Source: an uncultured Acidimicrobiaceae bacterium (GTDB lineage: Bacteria > Actinomycetota > Acidimicrobiia > Acidimicrobiales > RAAP-2). Taken from it: a stretch of 64,000 nt of DNA. The position numbers were made by a program, and so were the translations under genes. Positions 1-9,008 of this stretch are shown in pieces; positions within the stretch are counted from its first letter, which is position 1, and every line of letters begins with the position of its first letter. The notes under the pieces are model-generated. The model was not told where the DNA came from, ran no database searches, and worked only from the letters and a program-made list of their open reading frames with translations. The stretch lies in assembly GCA_963850185.1 (NCBI GenBank), contig CAWKKE010000018.1, positions 46,253-110,252 of the forward strand. Reading direction: 5' to 3'.

Positions 1-450
1 TGGCGAAAATTCTCGGACCTCCCAGACGAAATCGTCCCATGGCTCTATCGCGTCGCGTCGTTCGAAATCGCCAATCAAAGGCGCCGGCAGTTGCGAACCG
101 ATCGACTGCATTCTGCGATCGCACTTGATCAGCGAGACACGCAGGCGGCGGGCCCTATTTCAGATCTGTCGGGCGATGTCGCAGCCGCATTCGGGTCCCT
201 TTCCAATGCCGATCAGGAGATCTTGCGGCTTGCGACGTGGGAGCGCGTCACGATGGCCGAGGGGGCATCGGTCGTGGGCTGTTCGGTTCCTGCGTATCGA
301 ATGCGGCTCCATCGGGCGCGTGCTCGCCTCGGAAAACGGGTGAGGGACGCCAAGCCGGAGTCGTATGGAGAGCGCGCAGCCCCCGGCTTCGACGACGACT
401 TGGTGGATCGCGTCGGAATACCCATCACTGGGATGGAGATGGCGCTGTGA
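1..450 (+). CDS. ECF-type sigma-70 family sigma factor, C-terminal part (5' end outside window)
   Basis: Frame +1 is open from nt 1 to the TGA at 448-450. 'ADQEILRLATWERVTMAEGASVVGCSVPAYRMRLHRARARL' looks like a sigma-70 region-4 helix-turn-helix. Confidence 0.75.
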   Translation, partial: WRKFSDLPDEIVPWLYRVASFEIANQRRRQLRTDRLHSAIALDQRDTQAAGPISDLSGDVAAAFGSLSNADQEILRLATWERVTMAEGASVVGCSVPAYRMRLHRARARLGKRVRDAKPESYGERAAPGFDDDLVDRVGIPITGMEMAL

Positions 451-812
451 CTACAAAGACCGACGACCTCCTCCACCACTTGAGTCAGCTCGACCCGGCG
501 GGGCAGTTGTCCCATCCAAGCAGCACGGCAGACATCGACCTCAGGATACGGCGGATCCTCGAAACGCCGAGGGTCGATGTGGCCATACGTGTGCCGGCGC
601 ACAGACCTTGGAGGCGTCCTGTCGTGTGCGGGTTGGCGGCGTCGGTTGCGATGGCCTTCGCTGCCATTTTGATATGGGCGAGCCCTGCGGATGGCTCATT
701 CTCAACTGGGAAGGTGGCGGCACCCGAGAACGTTCGACCGTACGCCTCCCTCCATGCGAGCGGGAAAGGCCAACCAATCGATGTCGATTCGGCCTCCTTC
801 TTCAAGAGCTAG
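447..812 (+). CDS. putative anti-sigma / single-pass membrane protein
   Basis: GTG at 447 overlaps the sigma stop (GTGA). The 121-aa product has one hydrophobic span (VVCGLAASVAMAFAAILIW). The call rests on position after an ECF sigma gene only. Confidence 0.5.
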   Translation: MTTKTDDLLHHLSQLDPAGQLSHPSSTADIDLRIRRILETPRVDVAIRVPAHRPWRRPVVCGLAASVAMAFAAILIWASPADGSFSTGKVAAPENVRPYASLHASGKGQPIDVDSASFFKS

Positions 813-1439
813 TTGCGCTCGTTGACCGACCCCGGTTCCAGCGCGTCCCCAACATCCGGCGAGAAGAGTGGATCGACCGTTGCCTCACTCGTTCGAGAGA
901 TCGCCGTTGTCGCGGCGATAGCAATCGTCGTCGCAGCTCTTCTCCATGTCTTCGTCGTCCAGTCGTTCTTCATACCGTCTGCGTCGATGTACCCGACGTT
1001 GCGCGTCGGCGACCGTATCGTCGTCGACAAGCTGAGCTACTCCCTCCACGGAGTCGACCGAGGGGACATCGTGGTCTTCGCCCGCCCCGCGGACGAAGAC
1101 TGCGGCGGACCTCGGGTGGACGACTTGGTGAAGCGGGTGATCGGCCTACCCGGAGAGACGATCTCGCTCTCGGCGGGCGGGCACGTGTTCGTCGACAACA
1201 CAGAGCTCTCCGAGAAGTGGCTGCCGCCGTCCGATCAAGGTGTCACGCACCCGGGACCTCCGGGCCGACCCTACGACCTCCTTCACGCGTACAAGATCCC
1301 GGCCGACGATTACTTCGTGATGGGTGACAACAGACAGGATTCGTGTGACAGCAGGTGGTGGGGACCTGTACGTGGATCGCTTATCGTCGGAAAGGTCGAG
1401 CTGAGGGTCTGGCCCATGTCAAGCGTCACCACATTTTAG
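813..1439 (+). CDS. lepB: signal peptidase I
   Basis: Ser box 'SASMYPTL', Lys box 'VKRVIGLPGE' and 'GDNRQDSCDSRWWG' are present. The TTG start abuts the preceding TAG. Confidence 0.85.
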   Translation: MRSLTDPGSSASPTSGEKSGSTVASLVREIAVVAAIAIVVAALLHVFVVQSFFIPSASMYPTLRVGDRIVVDKLSYSLHGVDRGDIVVFARPADEDCGGPRVDDLVKRVIGLPGETISLSAGGHVFVDNTELSEKWLPPSDQGVTHPGPPGRPYDLLHAYKIPADDYFVMGDNRQDSCDSRWWGPVRGSLIVGKVELRVWPMSSVTTF

Positions 1440-1506
1440 GGCCACGTTCGCACGCAGGTTCGGCGAGAACGTGGAACATGACACCCGTACGAGTGCCCGA
1501 GAGCAA

Positions 1507-1800
1507 TCAGTACTCGTTGGCGACAAAGAGATAGCGCCAGTCTGACAGCTGGCCCTCGTCAACGAGAACGTACGTTCCACCTCGTTCTGCTATTTCGAGT
1601 CGAGGTGGAAAGTGTTCCAACCGGCTCAAGCATGGACCACCCTCGCACAGGACGAATATGCGTTGACCCGGACGTACGAGCTCATTCACAGCTCCAGATT
1701 CTGGCAGCAGCAGGCTGGAGGATCCAGAGTCCCCAGCCAGCGCCGTCCCCGCAGGCGTGCAGCCCGGCAATGCTGCGACGATCACACTCTTTGGGAGCAC
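1507..1800 (-). CDS. hypothetical protein
   Basis: 97-aa ORF with no recognisable motif. The C-terminal half looks protein-like (GTYVLVDEGQLSDWRYLFV). Weak call. Confidence 0.3.
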   Translation of the reverse strand: MLPKSVIVAALPGCTPAGTALAGDSGSSSLLLPESGAVNELVRPGQRIFVLCEGGPCLSRLEHFPPRLEIAERGGTYVLVDEGQLSDWRYLFVANEY

Positions 1801-1839
1801 GCCTTTCCGCGAGCATGCATCACTGCGGCACTAATCGTG

Positions 1840-1997
1840 GTTGAGGCGAACATTTTGATCGGCGCGGCGGCATCGATTATGCCTGGCGTGACTGTTGGCG
1901 CTGACTCGGTCGTGGCGGCTGGTGCGGTTGCACTCGCGACGTTCCGCCGGCGACGCTGGTCGCGGGAATGGCGGCGAAAGTCGTCAGGGAACTCTGA
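1840..1997 (+). pseudogene. remnant of a hexapeptide-repeat (left-handed beta-helix) acetyltransferase, C-terminal ~50 residues, frameshifted
   Basis: One frame reads 'VEANILIGAAASIMPGVTVGADSVVAAGAVA'. After a frame change near 1930 it reads 'TRDVPPATLVAGMAAKVVREL*'. No N-terminal part is present. Confidence 0.6.
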
Positions 1998-2195
1998 GAG
2001 ACTCAATGCGTCCGGTAGCAAACCGTCCCCGTGGACCAGCACCCGGATCCTTGATCGAAGTCGCTGAGGAGGTCTCGTCAAGCGCCGTCGACCTGTTGTG
2101 GTGGTAACTCCCGAAGCGCAGCGGGGCCGGCCTGTTGAGGGGGCCGTTTCCGAATCCGCTCCCCCGCCGAACCGTCTCGTTGATACCCTGAACGC

Positions 2196-2654
2196 ATGAA
2201 GACCCTGGTTGTGGGGACCGACGGTTCAGAGCTCTCGATCGAGGCGGGACGAGCAGGCCTCGCGATACTGAAGCCCGGCGACCGGGTCATCATCGTCTCT
2301 GTCACAGACGGTCCGGACCCTTCGTTGACCGAAGATGAAACGGGTCATGCCGCCGCGAGCATGACTCCAGACGAGTTCGATGAGCAGAGCCTGGCGGCGC
2401 AGAACCGGAGTCAGGCGGCCGCTGAAGCAATGATCTCAGCGCTCAGAGGGCGAGGAGCGCTGCCCGACGGCGTTGAAGCCTTGGTCATCGAGGGTGAGCC
2501 GGGGCCGGCTCTGTGCAAGCTGGCACAGGAGGTGGACGCCGCAGCCATCGTCGTCGGATCGCGCGGTCGGGGAGGCATCAAGAGGGCCTTCCTGGGATCC
2601 GTGTCCGACTACGTCGTGAGGAATGCCCCCTGCTCGGTCGTCGTCACCCGATAA
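2196..2654 (+). CDS. universal stress protein (UspA family)
   Basis: 'MKTLVVGTDGS...' at the N-terminus and 'IVVGSRGRGGIKRAFLGSVSDYVVRNAPCSVVV' at the C-terminus. Confidence 0.85.
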   Translation: MKTLVVGTDGSELSIEAGRAGLAILKPGDRVIIVSVTDGPDPSLTEDETGHAAASMTPDEFDEQSLAAQNRSQAAAEAMISALRGRGALPDGVEALVIEGEPGPALCKLAQEVDAAAIVVGSRGRGGIKRAFLGSVSDYVVRNAPCSVVVTR

Positions 2655-3129
2655 TCCCAACGACTGGCTGGAACTGAGCCGCTCGGCTTCATGGGGTGCC
2701 GTCTGCGCCCAGGCAATTCAGGAGCAACGAGCTCGAAACGCGGCTCGACGCCCTGGCAGGGGGCGTCGAGCCTGGAGCCAACCCCTCGCCGGGGTGGAGC
2801 AACTGGTTGAAGATAGACCGGTGGATGGCCAGAGAAATCACCCATTCGGGTGAAAATGCAGGCAACAGTGCAGGCGGACCGTGATATTTCCTCACTTGGG
2901 CGTTACCTTGAAGCAGGCGGATCGCAGCGTCTCGGCCCCGGCGAACGCCGGGGCCGTTTCGCGCCTGAGTGCCATGAGGCCGTGGGGTCCTTCTCTGGTC
3001 CCCAGCTTTTCTTGCCCACCCGGCGCCCACCTCTCGGTCGCAGGCGTCTGGCGCACCTGTACAGCCCCTCACTCCCGGCCTCTTCGCCGTCTAGACCTAC
3101 AGCTGAACGGCTGACTACGGTCCTTTGCC

Positions 3130-3519
3130 GTGCGGATCGGCTGGATCGCTGTTTTGGTCGTGGCCGCTACTGCATGCGCAGGGTGTTCGAGTAACTCGCC
3201 AAGGGGGAGCAGCACATCGAACATACCTTCCGCCGCTGCCATCAGCACGAGTGTTGTTTCGGTGAACTCCACCAGCCAACTCGGGGAGATGGTCGAATGG
3301 GATGCCACGAACAAGACGGGCACGCCCCAGCTCGCCACCTGCGAGGTTCTCGTGCTTCATGGCTCGATGCAACTCGGTGAGCTCGGCCCTCTTCAGCTGA
3401 CTGTCGCCGCCGGTGCTACTGCCGAGCAATTCAGTCAGGTGACCACACTGGCCGGTAGCGCCGCCGGCGATACTGCTCAGATCGTCTGCCAGAAGGGCTG
3501 GGCCGCTCTTCCCGCCTGA
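3130..3519 (+). CDS. putative lipoprotein
   Basis: GTG start. The N-terminus 'MRIGWIAVLVVAATACAGCSS' looks like a signal peptide with a lipobox-like Cys. Confidence 0.5.
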   Translation: MRIGWIAVLVVAATACAGCSSNSPRGSSTSNIPSAAAISTSVVSVNSTSQLGEMVEWDATNKTGTPQLATCEVLVLHGSMQLGELGPLQLTVAAGATAEQFSQVTTLAGSAAGDTAQIVCQKGWAALPA

Positions 3520-3905
3520 GCGGAGGCGAGCCGGGTCTGGCCGGCCGATGATCTGATGTCGACATCGACGTCGAAGATGCCATGGGGAACGTGAAGCGCC
3601 TGAGCCATAACCACCCGGGCGATTGCTTCGATCTGATCGTGACGACGCGTGGAGGCCAGCGCTGTAGGAACGTTCGGATGAACCAGATGTCACCCGCTTT
3701 TCCGCAACGGTGTCGCAGGACGGCCTCTCGTTCGTCGATCGACCCCGGGTCTCCATGCCACGATTCTGGATGCGCAGGCAAACGACCGTCAGATCAATGT
3801 CGTGTCGACAAAATCTGGTTACCTCCGAGCGCGTCGGCCGTCGCGTCGCGGGAAGGAAGGCCCGCGGTTACGTGCAACGACAAAATTTTCGGGAGCCGGG
3901 CCGTC

Positions 3906-4295
3906 ATGAGGTCCGCCCTTGTTTTTCAGGGGCTTCGCTTCGCTCCGGAAACGCTCGACACGGATTGCTACCGTGGTTCCGTGCCGGGCAAGATCGGGGC
4001 GCAAATCTCGCCGCTCGCCCCTGGCAAGTGGCTGATCGGTGTGTCTCTCCCCCTTATGGGAGCCTGGATCACTGCTGCCGCCTTGAGCAAGATCGACTTG
4101 TTCATCGGCCCGTTCTTTTGGGTGTTGGCCTACATGTTGGTCGTCGGGATCGGGTTGGTCGTGTGGGGCGCAGCGACTGCGCCGATCAATCCCACGAAGA
4201 GCAGGCTTCACAGATCGATCACTGCCCTGGTGCTCGAGGAGATCGCCTTGGGTATCGCTTCGTTCCTCGTGTTCTGGGCGCTTGTCGGCAATTAG
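3906..4295 (+). CDS. hypothetical membrane protein
   Basis: Internal ATG of ORF 3582..4295. The downstream 129 aa contain 3-4 hydrophobic spans, whereas the upstream part of the ORF does not look coding. Confidence 0.45.
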   Translation: MRSALVFQGLRFAPETLDTDCYRGSVPGKIGAQISPLAPGKWLIGVSLPLMGAWITAAALSKIDLFIGPFFWVLAYMLVVGIGLVVWGAATAPINPTKSRLHRSITALVLEEIALGIASFLVFWALVGN

Positions 4296-6130
4296 CCCGA
4301 TCACCGAGCAGGCAGATGGGAGACCTCTTGACCCCCAGGCGCTTCGCGTCCGACGTTGTCGTTCGAAATATTTGACGTGGACGTTCGAGCACCATCGTTT
4401 CAATGATGCGCGGCGCGGGACCACCGCGGCCGTCCAGCGTCACGATCAACCACCCGTATGCGACGCACAGGAGAAACCCGCCGATGAGCAGTAGCGCTGT
4501 CGGCACGGGCGGGGAGTATCCTCCCTTGACCTGGACCAGCGGATCGAGCGGCCCCCACAGTCCAACCCGGAAGCGCCGAATCACCCAGTAGAGGTCGGCG
4601 AATTGCGAGCCGGCGACGCAAAAGCGACAAGCACGACGAACCCTCGCACTGCCCGATCCCGGGCCAGTCAGTCGGGCGGCTGACCGCCAGAGTGCAGCTG
4701 TCCGATCGACCCAGCGACCAGGACGACGCCGCAGAGCAGCGGGTATCCGTCACGGGTCTGCCAGACGATGCCGTTCTTCGCGCCTGGGAGGCGATGAGCA
4801 GATCCGGGAGCACCACCGCCGTCGACACCGAGGAGCGCCAGCACGGCGAGTTGCCGCCGCTCCCCCGTCACTAGGCCGACCACCAGGACTGCGACGAGGG
4901 CGACGCAAGCAGTACGACCCCTAGCAGGCGGAGGATTCGCCATCTCCCACCCGAAGGAGCCAGCGAACTGGTGGAACCACCCCTCCATGTTCCCGAGTAC
5001 GAGCTGCGATGAATGCCACAGCGTGGCGCCTCCGGGGACCCGGCGACCGACAGGCAGGACGCTCCACGAGTGCGCCCATGCCACCCAGGCCAAGGCGAGC
5101 ACGGATGCGCCGGTGACGATGGTCCCGCCGATGCGAACTCGGCGGTCCGGCCCCAGAGCGATCGCACCGCCCTCGGGCAGAGCAGGACCACGAAGAGAGC
5201 GATCAGGGCCAGCCAGAACACCGAGAGCGGGCGCGCCAGAGCGAATAGGGCGGCCGTGGTCGTGCAGACCACGACCAGCCCCCGCGGCGGTCGCTCCGCA
5301 TGGTCAAGCACGAGCGTGAGGGCACCGGTCCAGGTGCACAGTGCGGCCGACATCTCGAGACCGCTCGGGTTCACCACCGAGCCGAATACGATCAGCAGGG
5401 GCGTGGCGACGACCGTGACCGCCAGGAGGAGCAGGCGGTGCGTCGACCAGGTGACCGCTGTGGCGATGGCCAACCCGATCAACGAGGCGGTCAAGATGCC
5501 GCTCAGCAGTCGCATGGCGTAGATCGCCGTATCGTTTTGTGTAGCGAGGGACGGCAGGCCCACGATGGCGTAGTAGAGAGGCGGGTACCGCCCCACGTAT
5601 GTGATCGCTCGAGTGGGCTGATCCGAACCGTCAAGATGAACGGGACAGTTGTCGGGCCACGGGTCGAACGAGTTGCAGAATTCGGACCCGGGGATGGAGG
5701 CGAAGCTCCCGGGCACAGTGACGACAGTGAAGGGTGCGGCGCATCGTTGGGCTGCCACCTGCTTGTCGGCGCCCAGCACCCCGACGCCCCAACGGGTGCA
5801 GCCCTCGTACGGGGCAAGCTGCTGCTCGTCGAGGGTCTGCTGGGTGGCCGCCGTAAGGGGCTGGCCCAACAGCTGACCCCTGACAATGGAGACAGCCCTG
5901 AGCACCTGGGCCCCCTCGTCGTTCGCCGCTCCGATGGGGGTCGACAGGGCCCAGCCGGCGCAAAGCCCCACCAAGATGAGGGAGGCCACCGCCCAGATCC
6001 GGACGAAGGAGTGGCGGCCCGGTGCCGCAAGCGACCGCGTTCGTGCTCTCCAACTCCCGCCAGCCCTACGTTCGCCCTCCATCGCACCCCCGGGGCAAGA
6101 GAAGACCGCTCCCCGCTGCGTCAGGGACAC
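4219..6130 (-). pseudogene. DUF2142-like membrane protein, reading frame broken (3' end uncertain)
   Basis: The N-terminal 'NDEGAQVLRAVSIVRG' and 'RYPPLYYAIVGLP' plus many TM spans are in the 4871..6130 frame. The sequence continues in the 4668..5102 frame after ~5130 ('...EF|RIGGTIVTGASVLALAWVAWA'). There is a TGA at 4668-4670. A third frame (after ~4610) holds 'LVQVKGGYSPPVPTALLLIGG', which resembles the C-terminal VQGRY.lP motif of the family as I recall it. Confidence 0.6.
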
Positions 6131-6687
6131 CAGCGCCCGCCCGTCACCCTAGGCGACCAACTCTCGACGTGGTCGTACACGCGGAATGAAAACGAATCGG
6201 CGGTTCGGTGGGATGGATCTGATGTCGCCAATAGCTGACTTATGCAGCGCGGCCTGCTGCTTTGCTCTTCGACAGGTGTACGACCAGGAATCTCGAACGT
6301 TGCTCGAGCTCCGTTCGGGACGGAGGTTGCCGGTTTCGCTCTGGTCGACAGGACTGAATCCAGAGGCGACGCTGCTGCCGTCCGAGCGGGTTCGGTCGGG
6401 CGTGCTCTCGAACGCGCACTCCGCGAAGTGCCGATGCCATTCCCGGCCATGTCGCCCAAACACCGCCCGCGCCTCACGCACGCACCCATGAGGCCTCGGC
6501 TTCGCCCTTGAGGATGGAGCAGGCCCGCCGATCTGGCGGCACAGCTCCTCTGTCCTGACCACATTGAGGGCCACTGGCGGGTCGCGGGCGTTTCTCCCTC
6601 GCGCTACTGACGGACACATCTTGGGTCCGACCGAGTCTGCAACCCTAGATGCACATATTGCATCGAGGTGCATTATGGTCGGCTCGC

Positions 6688-8082
6688 ATGGACGCCGCAG
6701 CGTCGCTCGGACCTGCCGGACCCGATGTGGAGGTCGAGCGGTTCCAGAGCGATCCTCGGGCCAAACCACCGCTCGACATGACCGTCCTTGCGGTGTTGGT
6801 GGTCGTGGTGCTGACTTTCGTTGCACTGGCCACGTTCGTCGCGGTCAAGACGCCACCTTGGGAGAACTCCGACGAGCCGGGGCACGTCCAGAACATAGAG
6901 AAGCTCGTCCAAGGCGGCTGGTACGGAATGGCGATTCCTTGCGCGCCGGGTCCAGGTCGTTGGCCCCTGATCCCACCAGACACGCAGTTGTGCCAGGGAG
7001 ACGAGGCTGAACAGCCTCCGCTGTATTACCTGGTAATGGCAGGCTGGCAGGACCTCCTGGGGTTGCCGGCCCAAAATACGCCCCTCTTGAATGTCACGTT
7101 CGGCCTCCATGGCGAGCACTTCTCGAACCATCCGGACCGGAGGTTGGTCCTGTGGCTCCGCTTTCCCAACGTTCTACTCGGCGCCGCCACTGTGATGATC
7201 ACCTTTCTTGCAGGCAGGGAAGTCACCCGGGACAGGTGGACACCGGTCCTTGGCGGCGCCATCGTCGCGTTTCTTCCGCATTTTGTCTTTCTCTCGGCGT
7301 TCGTCACGAACGACAACCTGGTGAATCTGCTGGGAGCGATCCTGACGCTGTGCGCGCTTCGTTACATTCGACGCTCAACCGTCAGATGGATCGTCGCGGT
7401 CGGTGCGGTCTTCGGGCTCCTCGTGACGACCAAACTCTCCGTGCTACCGCTCGGGCTGCTGCTCCCGGTTCTGGCGCTGAGCACACCGACCGCATGGTTC
7501 CGTCGTCTGTATCTCTTGTCATACGCCGTGGTCGCAGCTCTCGTCGTCAGCTCGTGGTATCTGATCCAGAACTGGGTGCGCTATGGCGACCTTTTGGCCG
7601 GACACGTGTCAGATCGGTATGAACAAATCATCGGGGGACTTGGAACATCATTTTGGGCTCCGTACGTTGTGACCGATCCCTTGCGACTCGTGTTCTTCGA
7701 TGTCCCAAAGAGGCTCATCACCTCGTACTGGTTCGAGTCGGGATGGATGAGATACCACTGGTCAACGTGGATCGGGATACTGATGACGCTCGTCGTGGTC
7801 GCGGTGGCGGTTGGCCTTATCGGTCAACATCTCCCGAACCGCGAGTTGCTCGCGCTCGGGACGATCTCAACGCTTTCGCTCATCAGCGTGTGGTTCGTCG
7901 CCTTCCAGACTGCGACCTACCAGTTTCGGCTCGCATTCGTTGGCCTTCCGGCGACAGGTCTGCTGTTGTCCTTGGCCTTACAGCGATGGCCAGTCCGGCT
8001 GCGCTGGTTGCTTCCACTGGCGGGCCTCATGGGATGCTTGGTGTCTATTCGCCTTTACGTACTTGACATTCCTTGGACTTGA
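6688..8082 (+). CDS. GT-C fold membrane glycosyltransferase (PMT_2 / ArnT-like)
   Basis: 'SDEPGHVQNIEKLVQG', 'EQPPLYYLVMAGW' and >10 hydrophobic spans. Divergent from the DUF2142 gene. Start taken at ATG 6688; the ORF opens at 6649. Confidence 0.7.
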   Translation: MDAAASLGPAGPDVEVERFQSDPRAKPPLDMTVLAVLVVVVLTFVALATFVAVKTPPWENSDEPGHVQNIEKLVQGGWYGMAIPCAPGPGRWPLIPPDTQLCQGDEAEQPPLYYLVMAGWQDLLGLPAQNTPLLNVTFGLHGEHFSNHPDRRLVLWLRFPNVLLGAATVMITFLAGREVTRDRWTPVLGGAIVAFLPHFVFLSAFVTNDNLVNLLGAILTLCALRYIRRSTVRWIVAVGAVFGLLVTTKLSVLPLGLLLPVLALSTPTAWFRRLYLLSYAVVAALVVSSWYLIQNWVRYGDLLAGHVSDRYEQIIGGLGTSFWAPYVVTDPLRLVFFDVPKRLITSYWFESGWMRYHWSTWIGILMTLVVVAVAVGLIGQHLPNRELLALGTISTLSLISVWFVAFQTATYQFRLAFVGLPATGLLLSLALQRWPVRLRWLLPLAGLMGCLVSIRLYVLDIPWT

Positions 8083-8216
8083 AAGATACGGGCAGGCATT
8101 CGGGAACCCCGCTGAGGCAGTCCACTCGGCCCTTCGCATAAGAAGTACTCGCGTATCAGCGACGGATCCGTGACCTCACAAGGTGTCGGGATGACACCAC
8201 CATCCTGGCCATCGGG

Positions 8217-8516
8217 GTGAGGTGGCCGGCCCAATCCTTTCCATTGGGGGTTGGGCCGCGAGCAGAGTGCGTCTACCCTCGACTGGTGGGCCGAATTCCT
8301 AAACCCGGTGACCGCTACGCCCAGGCGTTCACAGTCGAGCCGGGACAGTGTTGGGCCATGGTTCACGACCGTCAGGGGCAGGCAACGCACTGCTCCAAGA
8401 CTCCAGCGTGGACAGGAAGGTGGTTCTCGCCGAGGGATGAGGGCACCTACTGGCGGGTCTGGAGCTGTGAGATCCATCTCCAAGGCCTCACCGGCATCCG
8501 CCAATTCGGCGGATAA
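8217..8516 (+). CDS. hypothetical small Cys/His/Trp-rich protein
   Basis: 99-aa ORF with GC-rich third codon positions, '...CWAMVHDRQGQATHCSKTPAWTGRWFSPRDEGTYWRVWSCEIHLQGL'. Start uncertain (GTG 8217 or an internal ATG). Confidence 0.35.
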   Translation: MRWPAQSFPLGVGPRAECVYPRLVGRIPKPGDRYAQAFTVEPGQCWAMVHDRQGQATHCSKTPAWTGRWFSPRDEGTYWRVWSCEIHLQGLTGIRQFGG

Positions 8517-8750
8517 CGACTCGGATCAGAGCGTCGCGGCCAGGGTCGAAACGCTGAGGGTCCTTACCGCCCACGCACAGACCCAACGGGATCCCCTGAA
8601 GGGGCTGCGCTGACATCCTCCTCGGCGGCACCGCAACCGACAACGGCCCGTTCAGATGATTCTCTGACAACCGGAGCCAAACAGAGCGCCGGCGACCAGT
8701 CCATTGCCGGCATCGAACCGTAAAACCGAAGACGGCAGGGACCGACAAAG

Positions 8751-8829
8751 ACGAAACGACCCCGGCCCGCTTGTGACGGGCCGGGGTCGTTACGCGTTTG
8801 TGGCACACGTGCGGCGAGCTGATTGGCGG
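8751..8829 (+). repeat. hairpin-containing repeat, copy A (15-bp perfect stem 8755-8769/8777-8791, loop CTTGTGA)
   Basis: ACGAAACGACCCCGGCCCGCTTGTGACGGGCCGGGGTCGTT followed by ...GGCACACGTGCGGCGAGCTGATTGGCGG. A near-identical sequence occurs in reverse complement at 61783-61860. Confidence 0.8.
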
Positions 8830-9008
8830 TATAACCCACCGCTGGCCTGGGCGAAGGGCCCTGTGTGCCAAGACCAGTCTGGCAGCCGAGTCCGGGTCGA
8901 GAAACGCAAATTGGGTGATTTCAGACCATCGGAGCCAATTCGCCCCGAACGCGCGCAGCGACCAATTGGAGTGGGTGGTCAACAGCGCTGAACAGGCACT
9001 TCCCCGAC

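Noticed and set aside
2655-3129. ORFs 2689..3072(-), 2850..3194(+) and others between usp and the lipoprotein gene
   Set aside because: None has protein-like composition or a motif. I left the stretch as unannotated intergenic or decayed sequence. The same applies to 3520-3905.
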